Positions 1 to 9,378 of a DNA stretch of 64,000 bases are shown here, in pieces. This DNA is from Candidatus Hinthialibacteria bacterium OLB16 (GTDB lineage Bacteria; Hinthialibacterota; Hinthialibacteria; OLB16). Location of the stretch: assembly GCA_001567115.1 (NCBI GenBank), contig LMZT01000038.1, forward strand, positions 9,530 through 73,529. The letters are read 5' to 3'. Below the pieces are notes generated by a model. The model ran no database searches. It saw only the letters and a program-made list of their open reading frames with translations, and was not told the origin of the DNA. The position numbers and the translations under genes are program-made. How positions within the stretch are numbered: position 1 is the first letter of the stretch; each line of letters begins with the position of its first letter.

Positions 1-2
1 CC

Positions 3-3000
3 AACTGTGATGTCAATGTGAACTCCAGGTGGTTGACCATCGAGAAAAACGCCACCTGCAATGTGCAGGGGAACCATATCACTGCTGACCGCCACCTGAA
101 GGTGGGTGGAACTTTGAATGCAGGCAATGTCCTCTTCGACTTCAATACCCGGAGCACCTGGTATGAGCCGGACCGGTTTAATGGAATCAATTGCCTTGAT
201 GGAAGCATATCCACATTGGATAACTGCACAATCAGAGGCCAGGAAACCCGGTCAACCGGAAATGACAACGACTGGTCGGCCCTGATTTATGCCGCTCCTG
301 ATGCCTCGATTGACCTGACTGCATGCTTCTTCGCGCCTCCGATGAATTCTGCCATGCCAACCCGGTTCGCGATCCGTTCGTGGAGCCAGAAAGCGTTGCG
401 GATTGCACGGTGCAGTTTTCATGAGCAGTACATGGCAGTGCGGCTGGATGCGCTTCCCTTACAGGGATATATCCATAACAGCAACATGGCCGGCAACTAC
501 TTTGCCGTCATGAATGTGATTCCCAGCATGTTCGATGCCCAGGGTAACTGGTGGGGGTCGCCGACCGGACCGGCGCATATACAAAATCCTGGCGGAGTAG
601 GTGATCCGGTTTCGGATAATGTCGATTATGGCCAGAGTTCCCTGGCTCCGAAAGGTTCACAGCTGACAGTCCTCAATCCAACCGGTGGCCAGGAGAGCAA
701 TACGCTGCTGGTTCAGGATCCGGTGCAGAAGGTCGAACTGTATGGTTTTCGAATCAACCCCGGACAGACAACAATCGCCTCGGCCGCTTTCCGTCTCTAC
801 AGCCTGTCGGGGCTGGAAGCCTCCCAGTTCACCAACTTCAAACTGGTTAAAGACGACAATGGAAATCAGACTGCAGGCCCTTTGGAAATAACCCAGGCAG
901 TTGATGCCTCACGTGTCGTCTCAGGCCAGAATGGGATCCATGTATTTTTCGACAGCCCCTTTACGACGCCTGCCGATGTGGCCAAAGGATGCATCCTGAT
1001 CTGTGATCTTGCCGGAGTGCAGGCGAATGATTCGTTGTCCGTCGACATGCCGGAGTACTTGATCGAATCAGCGCCGGGACAAACGATTGTCAGCCAGCTG
1101 GCAGAAACTCGGCACCGGGCAGGTCCTGCAATCTGGATAACCGATCCTGCCACCGGCCCGGTGCCTGATAACCTGACTGGAGCCATCCGCCAGAACAATG
1201 TGGTGCTGTATGCTTTCAATCTGGTGGGAACAACTCAGCAGACACGGGCGCTGAAATTCACCCTTTCGGAAGTCCGCAATCTTCCGCGTTCTGTTATTAC
1301 CTCCGCAGCCCTTTACCGGGATACAAATGCCGATAGGCAATATGATGCCGGTGATGAACGCATTGGTTCTCCCACAGAGATTGTCATCAACAGCGGCAGC
1401 GGACACATGGGATTTGCCGAAACTCTTTCCATGAATCAGGCATACCTGCTGGTTGCCAATTTCCGCGGCCTCAATGATGGAGCTGCTCTCACGGTTCAAC
1501 TCCTCCCCAATAATGTGTTCCTGACTGCTCCTGGAAATGTTCTGGGATATTGTTCCCCCGTTAACCACATGGCGGATCCGCCTTATATCATTGCCCAAAG
1601 TGACGCCTGGAATCCTCCGGCAAACTTTGGCGCCTCGACGAATCAGTCCAACTTCGTGCCTCTGGGCATCCGTATCGCTCCACTGGGGCGCACCATCAAC
1701 TCATTGAAAATCACCCTGGACAGTGTCGTCGGCATTTATCCAGGTGAGTTGAGCAACTGCCGCATGGTGTGGGATAAAAACAATAATGGGGTATTCGACA
1801 CCGGAGAGGAACTGGTTGGCGGTCCTGGAACTGTGCTGATCGATGGCAATGAGGGATCGATCCAGTTCAACACCCCATTTGTCGTCAGAGGGCGTTATCT
1901 GCTCATGGCGGATTTCATTACGCTCGTCAATGGGGATGAAATGACAGTCTCATTGAAGCCGGAAGATGTTTCTGTTCCGGAATCTATCCGTGTGACCGGA
2001 TCGGTCCAGCCGATCCGGTATGTTGTCCAGGCCGGCACTCCGGACAGCCGGTCGCCGAACATGAACTGGACTCTCACCTTCCGCAGCCCCGGAGGTGGAA
2101 CTGTCATTGGCCATTACAACAATGCCGGCAACAAGGTCATTCTGGGCTATGACACCGGGTCTGCCTGGATTTTTCAGGCCACTGCCAATGTTCCGGTCAT
2201 GATGTTCAAAGACCACTACGACAAGGTCGAATATGCAGGCTTTTCCAGTGACGATTCTTCGGCCATCACAGTTACCCGGGATGGTGCCGTTTATATCTGG
2301 GATCTCACCACAGGCGCGCAGCGCTCAGCCATGTTCAGCGATCTGCTTGTCTCTTATGCCGTTCCTTCCCCGGATTTATCAAAACTGATGGTGATTACCG
2401 AAGGGAAGGGCATCCTGCTGGATGTCGATAACCAGGAACGCCTGTGGGAATATGTTCCCGGGAATGCTTCGGTCAATGCGATTGCTTATTCTCCTGATGG
2501 AAGGTACATCCTGATTGGATCCAGCGACAAGCGCGCGTACCTCCTGGATGTGACAAATGGCGTGGAGGTCCGCCGATTTGTCGGCCATTCCCAGGCTGTT
2601 ACTGCTGTCGCCTTCACTGGCGATGGGACCAATCTCATGACCGGGAGCACCGATGCCACGGTGCAGCTCTGGAAAACCGATAATGGCAAACCGGTTGGAG
2701 GCCCGCCGCTTGCGACAATCTCTCTCCAGGGGCAGGAGTCACAAGGTGCGACAGTCTCCCCCAATGGGACACGTGTAGCCATGGTGACCGGGTATGGAGG
2801 CAATGCGCAACTGAGGATGTACAACGATCAGGGGCTGGAACTGTATGCCATTAACCTCACAAATGAATCTCATTCAAACTGGGGCGGCACATTGGAGAAT
2901 ATCACCTTCGACAAAGCCGGCGAACGTGTCATTGTCACTTCCCGCAACAGCGAGTGGGCGCGAAATGCCAGCTTCCGTGTCGAAAATGGCGGATACCTGC

Positions 3001-6000
3001 TCAGCTGGGGTCCTCAAGGGCGCTTTACACCCTGGCTGTCCACCAAACCGAAAATATCCCTGGATGGGGAAAGGATATTCGAAGCAACCGATTGGGGGAT
3101 AAATGTCCTCTTCCGAACCGCAGGAAAACCGATCTACCGCATTTCGGATTCACTGGGAGATAAAGGATACGATATCTCTGCCGATGGGTCTAAAGCGGTC
3201 TGGATGACTCCCCAGAACAGGCTCCGGGTCAGCAGCATCTCCGAAGGAGGATCGACCCTGATCCTCGATCGGGATGCCGGTTTCAACTACAACAGCCTGA
3301 CCATGTCCGATGCCGGTGAGAATGTCATTGCAGGGGACCGCATGTTCAGTGCCATCGGTGGCGGGCTTCTGGCCAACTATGCCGGCCCGGATCGTGAAGC
3401 TCAGAGCGCATTCAGCGCGGATGGAAGCCTGTGGGGATTCATTATTCCCCAGGATCATTCGATGGTCACCTGTCGCACAGGTGATCCGAACGCCGTCCTT
3501 TATAACCTCATGCTGACAGAGCCTTATACACCCTACAAGATGCTCTATCACCCCGACAACAATCGTGTCGGCTGTGTCGACTCGAACAATGGTGTTCAGT
3601 TTTATGACATGAGCACCGATTTGCCTGTCGGCCTTTACCGGTACCAGTACAATAGCGATGCCGCCATCTCCAGGGATGGAACCCTGCTGCTGATAGGCGG
3701 CCGCAATCAGGTCCGCATGTATGAAGTCCGGACAGGCCGAATTCTCCGCTATTTTTATCCTCAGCATTCGGGCCTGGCCGATGTCGATGTGCGGGGGGTG
3801 CAGTTTGCACGCAACGACACGATGATCATGATTGCCTGGAGCCCGAATTACATCGAACTCTACGAACGCAGCATGCCGGTGGGGATAGAAATCAATCCTG
3901 CCAACCGTGTTCTTTCAGCAGGTGACAGCCAGGCCTACCAGGTCTCTGTCATTTATGATGATGGAACTCGCGCGGACGTGACTCCATCGTCAAACAGTCA
4001 AGGTGATCTGGCAGGCCTTGTCTCAGACTCCGCTGGGAAGGCATCTGTCGATGGCAATGTTGTGACCCTTCTTCCGAATGCTTCAGGAGTTATCCGGATC
4101 CAGGCTCGTTTCCGGGATAGCGGCAGATCCTTTACCGCGGAGGCAGCCATCAATGTCGGCCAGACCAGCCTGGTCGGGCTGATCCCACATCCGGATTCAA
4201 TGAGCATGATACCAGGCGTATTCCGGGAAATCGGCTATACCGCACGGTATGCGGATGGTTACGAGGAGGATGTGACGGAAAATGTGGCGCTGACATCAAA
4301 TCGTCCGGATGATGTCGTCATCGCCGGCCAGAGTGTCAAAGTGAATCTGACCTCGATCCCAGGAAACATTGAGGTCACTGGCCATTATACCGATGCGCAT
4401 GGCCAGAGCGCATCAGCCAAAACAATCATCCAGGCTTATGGATTGCGCACACAGTGGGAACGTTACCGCATCACAGCCGGCGGTTATGGCCTTTCAGGGG
4501 CCTGGAGCCCAGACAAGAAAAAACTCGCCTGGGGATCGAGTTCAGGGGGTGTCGCTTTTTACAATACCGGCGTGACTCCCAGCCAGTATAAACTCGATCG
4601 TATTCTGATGGCGCATGAGGGGCAGGTGATCTTCGTCGACTACCTCTCCCCGACGACACTGGTCAGTGTCGGCCGCGAAGGAACCGTCAAGACATGGGAC
4701 ATGATAACCGGTTCGACTGTCCCTGTTTCGGTTTACTCGCATGACGCCCCTCTGCGTGTCGCTGCCAGAAGCGGCGGAAAACTGGCGCTCGGTGATGCTG
4801 TTGGAAAAGTGGCTGTCTTGAACCTGCCAACCTTCGACCTCGACTGGTCGAAGGCCTTCCATGAAGGGCCGGTCAAATCCATCGCCGTCGATAATGCCAT
4901 CGTCATATCCGGCGGCGAGGATTTCCGGATCAAGATCCTGCAGCGCAGCGATGGAACCTTGAATCGAAATCTGCTGACCCACACAGGAGCGATTGTCAGC
5001 GTTGGATTCATGGGAGCGAATGTCTTCTTTTCCCTGAGTGAAGATAAAACCATGACCCTCTGGCGGCGTTCTGACTACGAGGTGCTTCAAAGGTACGAAT
5101 ATCCTGTTGTCCCCACAGGTGCCGAGCTGATCAACAACGAACTGTATGTGGCAACGACGAATCCGAATGCCACATGGATTTATAACATGGATGGACTCCT
5201 GCTGCGCTGGCTGGAACACCCGCCTGCAGAGGGGGGCATCGTGAAGTACCTCATTGACCCGAGCGGAAAATTCGTACTGACTGGCCGTGCGACAATCCTT
5301 AAGGATGAAGTGAATTCCTTCGATGGATCAGTCATCAAAAAGCCAAGCCCCTTTGGATCGTTCCAGTTCTGGGAGGTGGGACGCGGTATCTTCCGCGGCT
5401 CACTGGCTCACAGCCATCCTCTTTCGGCAGCCTTCGCATCACCTGATAAGAAAACTCTCTTCACACAGGATCCCAAGCGGGTGATTCGGTGGAGCTATGG
5501 AGTGAAAGATGCCACTGCCGAATCAGTGAACCTGCTTGAGACCGGCTACTTCCTCGGACAATCCTTTGCCGGATTGGACTTTTCAGGCGATGCCCAGCTG
5601 CTGGCAACCCGGGTTGGTGTGTCGGTCTATCTGTTCGACACTTTCAATGCCCTCCTCTGGAAAACGCTGCATACCCCCGGCCCTGGCCCATTCGCGATAT
5701 CGCCAAACCGGCAATTCTTGGCCAGTGCGGATTGGAAGGTGCGGCTCTGGGATCTCAACAACCTCAGCCAGATCAATGAAGAGGCCCGATCGGTTGCCGC
5801 TGTTGATTTCCGCGGGAACACAAACTTCGTCGGTGCGGTTCAGGCCGATAATTTCATCGGTGTCTGGAACGCACAGGGGAAGCTCCGAATCGGGATGCAG
5901 ACCACTCATGGCCCAATCAAACTCTATGTCAACTCGACCGGAACACGCTGTGCTGCCATCACCCTGCATGTTGAATGCGGCGCTTTCGGGGATTGCGAAT

Positions 6001-6860
6001 ATTATTATTACCTCGAGATATTCGATATTTCCAACCTGGCAATCGAACCCCCACGAGTCGGCCCACCGGTCTTCCTCCTTCAGACCAAAACCGATCTGTT
6101 CGGAGGGGGCGAGGGTGAGGTCAACTCCAGTGTGGCTATTTCGGATGATGCGGGCCTTGCCCTGGTGGGTTCGGAAGGAGATCGCCCGGTCCGGCTGATC
6201 AGCACTGCTGATGGCTCTTCGATCCGTGAGTTTCATCCACCAAGCGGCTCAGGCACCGACAACATCGGTGCCGGCGCAGTGGCTTTTGCCGAACAGGATA
6301 AATCGGTTTTGATTGGCTGGCGGGAAGGATATGCCGAAATGCATCGGCGCCTTGCTCCGGTACGAATCGAAGTCCTTGTTTCTCGATTGGCGGGCGGCAA
6401 GTCAGTCGAAAAAGTCGTCATAAACAATGGGACCTTGTACGTCAAAACGGGTGAGGTCCTTGCCTCGGAAACTCTTGCACAGTACAAGAATGGTTCAGAG
6501 CTGAATGTCACTTCCATTACCTCCCTGCAATCAACGAATCCATCCGTCGCGCAGATTCAGGGCCGCAAGATTGCCATTCCAGCCAATGCTCCCCTGGGTG
6601 GGCAGGCGAATGTTTCTTTCAGCTACAATGACCTGGGGACTGTTCTCGAAACCACTGTCAAACTTGTTGTCGGCGAAAATCAGGTGTCCAGAGGTGATAC
6701 CAATGGCGACTTCACCCTGGACTACCTCGATCTCATTGAGTTCTCGCGCTGGTGGATGCAGAACGAGAACAAGTCCAATGCCGGCTGTGACAAAGTGGAT
6801 GACAGCAAGATAGACGCACGCGACCTTCATTACCTTATCAAGGCCTGGCTTGATAAGTGA
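3..6860 (+). CDS. Giant secreted/surface protein, probably 5'-partial: frame is open to the window edge and the track start at 18 is a GTG. N-terminal beta-helix-like region, multiple WD40 beta-propeller repeats, two or more Big_2 (bacterial Ig-like) domains, and a C-terminal dockerin-like Ca-binding module.
   Basis: 2280-aa ORF. WD40-like repeats (GHSQAVTAVAFTGDGTNLMTGSTDATVQLWK, HEGPVKSIAV...GGEDFRIKIL, HTGAIVSVGF...EDKTMTLWR). Big_2-like segments (NPANRVLSAGDSQAYQVSVIYDDGTRADVTP...). C-terminal GDTNGDFTLDYLDLIEF ... CDKVDDSKIDARDLHYLIKAW resembles a type-I dockerin duplicate. Confidence 0.6.
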   Translation, partial: NCDVNVNSRWLTIEKNATCNVQGNHITADRHLKVGGTLNAGNVLFDFNTRSTWYEPDRFNGINCLDGSISTLDNCTIRGQETRSTGNDNDWSALIYAAPDASIDLTACFFAPPMNSAMPTRFAIRSWSQKALRIARCSFHEQYMAVRLDALPLQGYIHNSNMAGNYFAVMNVIPSMFDAQGNWWGSPTGPAHIQNPGGVGDPVSDNVDYGQSSLAPKGSQLTVLNPTGGQESNTLLVQDPVQKVELYGFRINPGQTTIASAAFRLYSLSGLEASQFTNFKLVKDDNGNQTAGPLEITQAVDASRVVSGQNGIHVFFDSPFTTPADVAKGCILICDLAGVQANDSLSVDMPEYLIESAPGQTIVSQLAETRHRAGPAIWITDPATGPVPDNLTGAIRQNNVVLYAFNLVGTTQQTRALKFTLSEVRNLPRSVITSAALYRDTNADRQYDAGDERIGSPTEIVINSGSGHMGFAETLSMNQAYLLVANFRGLNDGAALTVQLLPNNVFLTAPGNVLGYCSPVNHMADPPYIIAQSDAWNPPANFGASTNQSNFVPLGIRIAPLGRTINSLKITLDSVVGIYPGELSNCRMVWDKNNNGVFDTGEELVGGPGTVLIDGNEGSIQFNTPFVVRGRYLLMADFITLVNGDEMTVSLKPEDVSVPESIRVTGSVQPIRYVVQAGTPDSRSPNMNWTLTFRSPGGGTVIGHYNNAGNKVILGYDTGSAWIFQATANVPVMMFKDHYDKVEYAGFSSDDSSAITVTRDGAVYIWDLTTGAQRSAMFSDLLVSYAVPSPDLSKLMVITEGKGILLDVDNQERLWEYVPGNASVNAIAYSPDGRYILIGSSDKRAYLLDVTNGVEVRRFVGHSQAVTAVAFTGDGTNLMTGSTDATVQLWKTDNGKPVGGPPLATISLQGQESQGATVSPNGTRVAMVTGYGGNAQLRMYNDQGLELYAINLTNESHSNWGGTLENITFDKAGERVIVTSRNSEWARNASFRVENGGYLLSWGPQGRFTPWLSTKPKISLDGERIFEATDWGINVLFRTAGKPIYRISDSLGDKGYDISADGSKAVWMTPQNRLRVSSISEGGSTLILDRDAGFNYNSLTMSDAGENVIAGDRMFSAIGGGLLANYAGPDREAQSAFSADGSLWGFIIPQDHSMVTCRTGDPNAVLYNLMLTEPYTPYKMLYHPDNNRVGCVDSNNGVQFYDMSTDLPVGLYRYQYNSDAAISRDGTLLLIGGRNQVRMYEVRTGRILRYFYPQHSGLADVDVRGVQFARNDTMIMIAWSPNYIELYERSMPVGIEINPANRVLSAGDSQAYQVSVIYDDGTRADVTPSSNSQGDLAGLVSDSAGKASVDGNVVTLLPNASGVIRIQARFRDSGRSFTAEAAINVGQTSLVGLIPHPDSMSMIPGVFREIGYTARYADGYEEDVTENVALTSNRPDDVVIAGQSVKVNLTSIPGNIEVTGHYTDAHGQSASAKTIIQAYGLRTQWERYRITAGGYGLSGAWSPDKKKLAWGSSSGGVAFYNTGVTPSQYKLDRILMAHEGQVIFVDYLSPTTLVSVGREGTVKTWDMITGSTVPVSVYSHDAPLRVAARSGGKLALGDAVGKVAVLNLPTFDLDWSKAFHEGPVKSIAVDNAIVISGGEDFRIKILQRSDGTLNRNLLTHTGAIVSVGFMGANVFFSLSEDKTMTLWRRSDYEVLQRYEYPVVPTGAELINNELYVATTNPNATWIYNMDGLLLRWLEHPPAEGGIVKYLIDPSGKFVLTGRATILKDEVNSFDGSVIKKPSPFGSFQFWEVGRGIFRGSLAHSHPLSAAFASPDKKTLFTQDPKRVIRWSYGVKDATAESVNLLETGYFLGQSFAGLDFSGDAQLLATRVGVSVYLFDTFNALLWKTLHTPGPGPFAISPNRQFLASADWKVRLWDLNNLSQINEEARSVAAVDFRGNTNFVGAVQADNFIGVWNAQGKLRIGMQTTHGPIKLYVNSTGTRCAAITLHVECGAFGDCEYYYYLEIFDISNLAIEPPRVGPPVFLLQTKTDLFGGGEGEVNSSVAISDDAGLALVGSEGDRPVRLISTADGSSIREFHPPSGSGTDNIGAGAVAFAEQDKSVLIGWREGYAEMHRRLAPVRIEVLVSRLAGGKSVEKVVINNGTLYVKTGEVLASETLAQYKNGSELNVTSITSLQSTNPSVAQIQGRKIAIPANAPLGGQANVSFSYNDLGTVLETTVKLVVGENQVSRGDTNGDFTLDYLDLIEFSRWWMQNENKSNAGCDKVDDSKIDARDLHYLIKAWLDK

Positions 6861-6977
6861 ACGTCTGAAAATTCCAGGGCATTGACTCGGGAAACCTCCC
6901 CCGGACAGGGAATGGGGGAGATTTTCTGGTGTCTCATCATTGACTTCTCTCATTTTCACCCGGAAAATCAGAAACGT

Positions 6978-7376
6978 ATGAAATACATCGCCTGCCTGGT
7001 GGCATTGTCGGTTATCAGCCTCTCCCTGCATGTCTCAGTGGATCATGCCCTGGTCGACTTCTGCCATTCCAGTTCGAGCCATAACCACGAGGAATCCTGC
7101 TGCAACCCTCTGCGGAGCCATGGCCTCTGCCACATGACTGCACATGCACATCCGCCTGGCGAGGATGCCCATCAGGGCCATTGCCATGTGGTCCATGGCT
7201 TCTGCCTGCGCGCTTCATCACAGAATCACCCTCTCTCCCTCAGCCTTGCCCATTCCGTACTGGTGGCACAAACCCTGGATCTCTGTGGCGGTCAGGGTTT
7301 TCTGTATGGAGATGTCCTGGTTTCTCCCTGTTTGAGAAAATACCGTTACCTCACTTACCAGACCCTTCTGATCTGA
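6978..7376 (+). CDS. Small secreted His/Cys-rich protein, putative periplasmic metal-binding protein (CzcI-like accessory or metallochaperone), just upstream of the RND efflux genes.
   Basis: Internal ATG gives MKYIACLVALSVISLSLH... (signal-peptide-like). It is followed by a dense His/Cys cluster (DFCHSSSSHNHEESCCNPLRSHGLCHMTAHAHPPGEDAHQGHCHVVHGFC). Same strand and directly 5' of the MFP/RND pair. Confidence 0.45.
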   Translation: MKYIACLVALSVISLSLHVSVDHALVDFCHSSSSHNHEESCCNPLRSHGLCHMTAHAHPPGEDAHQGHCHVVHGFCLRASSQNHPLSLSLAHSVLVAQTLDLCGGQGFLYGDVLVSPCLRKYRYLTYQTLLI

Positions 7377-7502
7377 ACCAGCCCGGTGTTCTCCTCTCCG
7401 CATCGCGGGGAAGCAACAGTCAATTCCATACAATCCAGTGATCCAACGGTGAATCAGCACCGGCTCACTTGATTTCACCCGGCAGCAGGCGGCCGCTCCA
7501 TT

Positions 7503-7517
7503 CAATGCGGTGCATTG
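7503..7517. promoter_or_regulatory. Perfect palindrome CAATGCggtGCATTG about 45 nt upstream of the efflux adaptor start; candidate operator for a metal-responsive regulator.
   Basis: Inverted repeat read directly in the intergenic region 7377-7560. Confidence 0.2.
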
Positions 7518-7560
7518 CTGCTGTCAGGTGGACCAACTCAAATGATTCAGGAAACAAAGG

Positions 7561-9366
7561 ATGACCACCAAATATTATCGGATTCATACTGAGGGATGGG
7601 CAGGCTCCATTTCCCGCCGCCGCTTTTTTCTGGCAGCCCTTTTTGAGGCGTTTCTCGCTCTTGCCGGGCCGCTGGGCGGATGGCTTGATTCACACTTTCT
7701 CTCATGGCAGTTCCCTGCTTCCAGCATTGAAGCGGTGTATGCGCATGAAGGCCATGATCACAGCCACGACGAAGACACCCATGCTCACGATGCAGATGCA
7801 GAGGCCGCGGAAGCCGGCCATGTCCATTCCCCTTCCGAAACTCAACAGCCGGGGACGGATGCTGCACACGACCATGACGTCCATTCCCACGATCACAGCC
7901 ATGCAGGTGAAGAAGCTCATGACCACGGCCATGAGAATGAGGCAGGTCATGACCATGACCATGACCATCCGCCCTCAGGTTCTAAGCCAGAAGAGCACGA
8001 CCATGATCATGAGGAGGGTGTTGTAGAAGTTCCGGCACATCTTGTGTCCGCCCTGGGGATTAAAACTGAATCCGTGCAGAAACAGGATCTCGTGCAGACC
8101 CTGGACCTCTATGGGTGGATTCGCCCCCGTCCGCAGGATCGGACTGACATCCATTCACCCCTGGAAGGGACAGTCGAGGCCATCCATGCCTGGCCGGGGG
8201 ACTTCGTCAAGAGTGGATCACCGGTCCTGGAGCTGAGCATTCCTGGCTGGTTCGACTGGCAGAAAGATGTGCTGCACCTCGCTCATACCCGGGAGCGTGT
8301 CACCGACCTGCGGGGTTATGGTGTCCGTGAAGGCCATGCGGAAATTGTTCAGCTGCTTGGAGAAATCCAGGTGGCCCATGCCGATTCACAGCGGCTTGAA
8401 AAGCAGCATGCATTGCTTTCAGAAGCTGGCTCGCAGGCAGTTTCCCGCAAGGAGCTTGAAACAAACCTGGGCAGCCTCAATCTCGCTCGCATCACCCTCC
8501 ATGCGAAAGAATCCCTGGCTCGCAGTTATGGCATTCCTGAGGCGGTTCTTGAATCCATCAAAGCGGGCGGCTCTATCGAGGATATTTCACCCGAAGTCAT
8601 CCCGCCGAAAACCAGGACTTCCATACGGGAGGCGGACTTCGACCTCGAGGAGGCTTTTCACTACTGCCGCCTGGCCGAAGCCAAGCTGCTTTCGGTCGGC
8701 TTCCCAACGGAAAAACTGGAACTTCTCAGGAAAGGCGATCTGAGAGGGATTGCACAGACACTGGTCGTCAGCAGCCCGGCCGATGGCCTGGTCTCCCGTT
8801 TGAATGTCACTGTCAAGATGGCGGTTTCTCCCGAAAAAGACCTGATCGAGATCATAGACTACCATACGGTCCTGATTGAAACTGAGGTTCCTGAGGTGGA
8901 TATCCAGCGTGTCCTGAATCGATATGGCGATCAGGTTGCAGTCCGGTTCCCCGGCCTTCCGGATGTTTCTTCCGAAGCTCGAGTGCTGTATTTCGATACC
9001 TCGGTTCATCCCGATATCCGCAAAGCGCATCTGGTGCTGGAGCTCGACAACCTCCCCGGCCTGCTGTTGCGCGACCAGATGGCTGCCAGTGTGGGGGTGC
9101 CTTTGGCTGTGCGTGAGAATGCCTTGAGTGTTCCACGAAAAAGCATTCTGACCGATGGATTCGAGAAAATCGTCTTTGTCGAAGAACAACCTCGCCATTT
9201 CCATCGCACTCCCATCACGACCGGAATTGAAAACCTGGACCGGATTGAAGTTCTTTCCGGCCTCAAGGCAGGCAGCCGTGTGGTCACAGATGGGGCCAGA
9301 GTCCTTTTCCTTGATTTGAAAGCACCCAAGGGGATGGGTGACCCCCATGCCGGGCACAGCCATTAA
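7561..9366 (+). CDS. RND efflux periplasmic adaptor (membrane fusion protein, HlyD family), CzcB/CusB-like. It has a Tat-type signal and a ~100-aa His/Asp/Glu-rich metal-binding low-complexity region.
   Basis: N-terminus SRRRFFLAAL (twin-arginine motif). HDHSHDEDTHAHD...HDHDVHSHDHSHAGEEAHDHGHENEAGHDHDHDH tract. MFP-like core (LYGWIRPRPQDRTDIHSPLEGTVEAIHAWPGDFVKSGSPVLEL). C-terminal GDPHAGHSH. Immediately precedes the RND pump. Confidence 0.8.
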   Translation: MTTKYYRIHTEGWAGSISRRRFFLAALFEAFLALAGPLGGWLDSHFLSWQFPASSIEAVYAHEGHDHSHDEDTHAHDADAEAAEAGHVHSPSETQQPGTDAAHDHDVHSHDHSHAGEEAHDHGHENEAGHDHDHDHPPSGSKPEEHDHDHEEGVVEVPAHLVSALGIKTESVQKQDLVQTLDLYGWIRPRPQDRTDIHSPLEGTVEAIHAWPGDFVKSGSPVLELSIPGWFDWQKDVLHLAHTRERVTDLRGYGVREGHAEIVQLLGEIQVAHADSQRLEKQHALLSEAGSQAVSRKELETNLGSLNLARITLHAKESLARSYGIPEAVLESIKAGGSIEDISPEVIPPKTRTSIREADFDLEEAFHYCRLAEAKLLSVGFPTEKLELLRKGDLRGIAQTLVVSSPADGLVSRLNVTVKMAVSPEKDLIEIIDYHTVLIETEVPEVDIQRVLNRYGDQVAVRFPGLPDVSSEARVLYFDTSVHPDIRKAHLVLELDNLPGLLLRDQMAASVGVPLAVRENALSVPRKSILTDGFEKIVFVEEQPRHFHRTPITTGIENLDRIEVLSGLKAGSRVVTDGARVLFLDLKAPKGMGDPHAGHSH

Positions 9367-9378
9367 GGAGCGAATGCA

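Noticed and set aside
5808-5818. TTCCGCGGGAA palindrome inside the giant WD40 protein gene, resembling the REP core
   Set aside because: It lies within continuous coding sequence, lacks the GTCATTCC / GACG flanks, and is most simply a chance CCGCGG-centred palindrome in GC-rich coding DNA.
7643-8026. Alternative-frame ORF (127 aa, Met/Thr-rich) and antisense ORF 7702-7968 (MVMVMVM...) inside the efflux adaptor gene
   Set aside because: Both are out-of-frame or antisense readings of the repetitive His-codon (CAT/CAC, GAT/GAC) tract of the adaptor. Low-complexity mirror artefacts.
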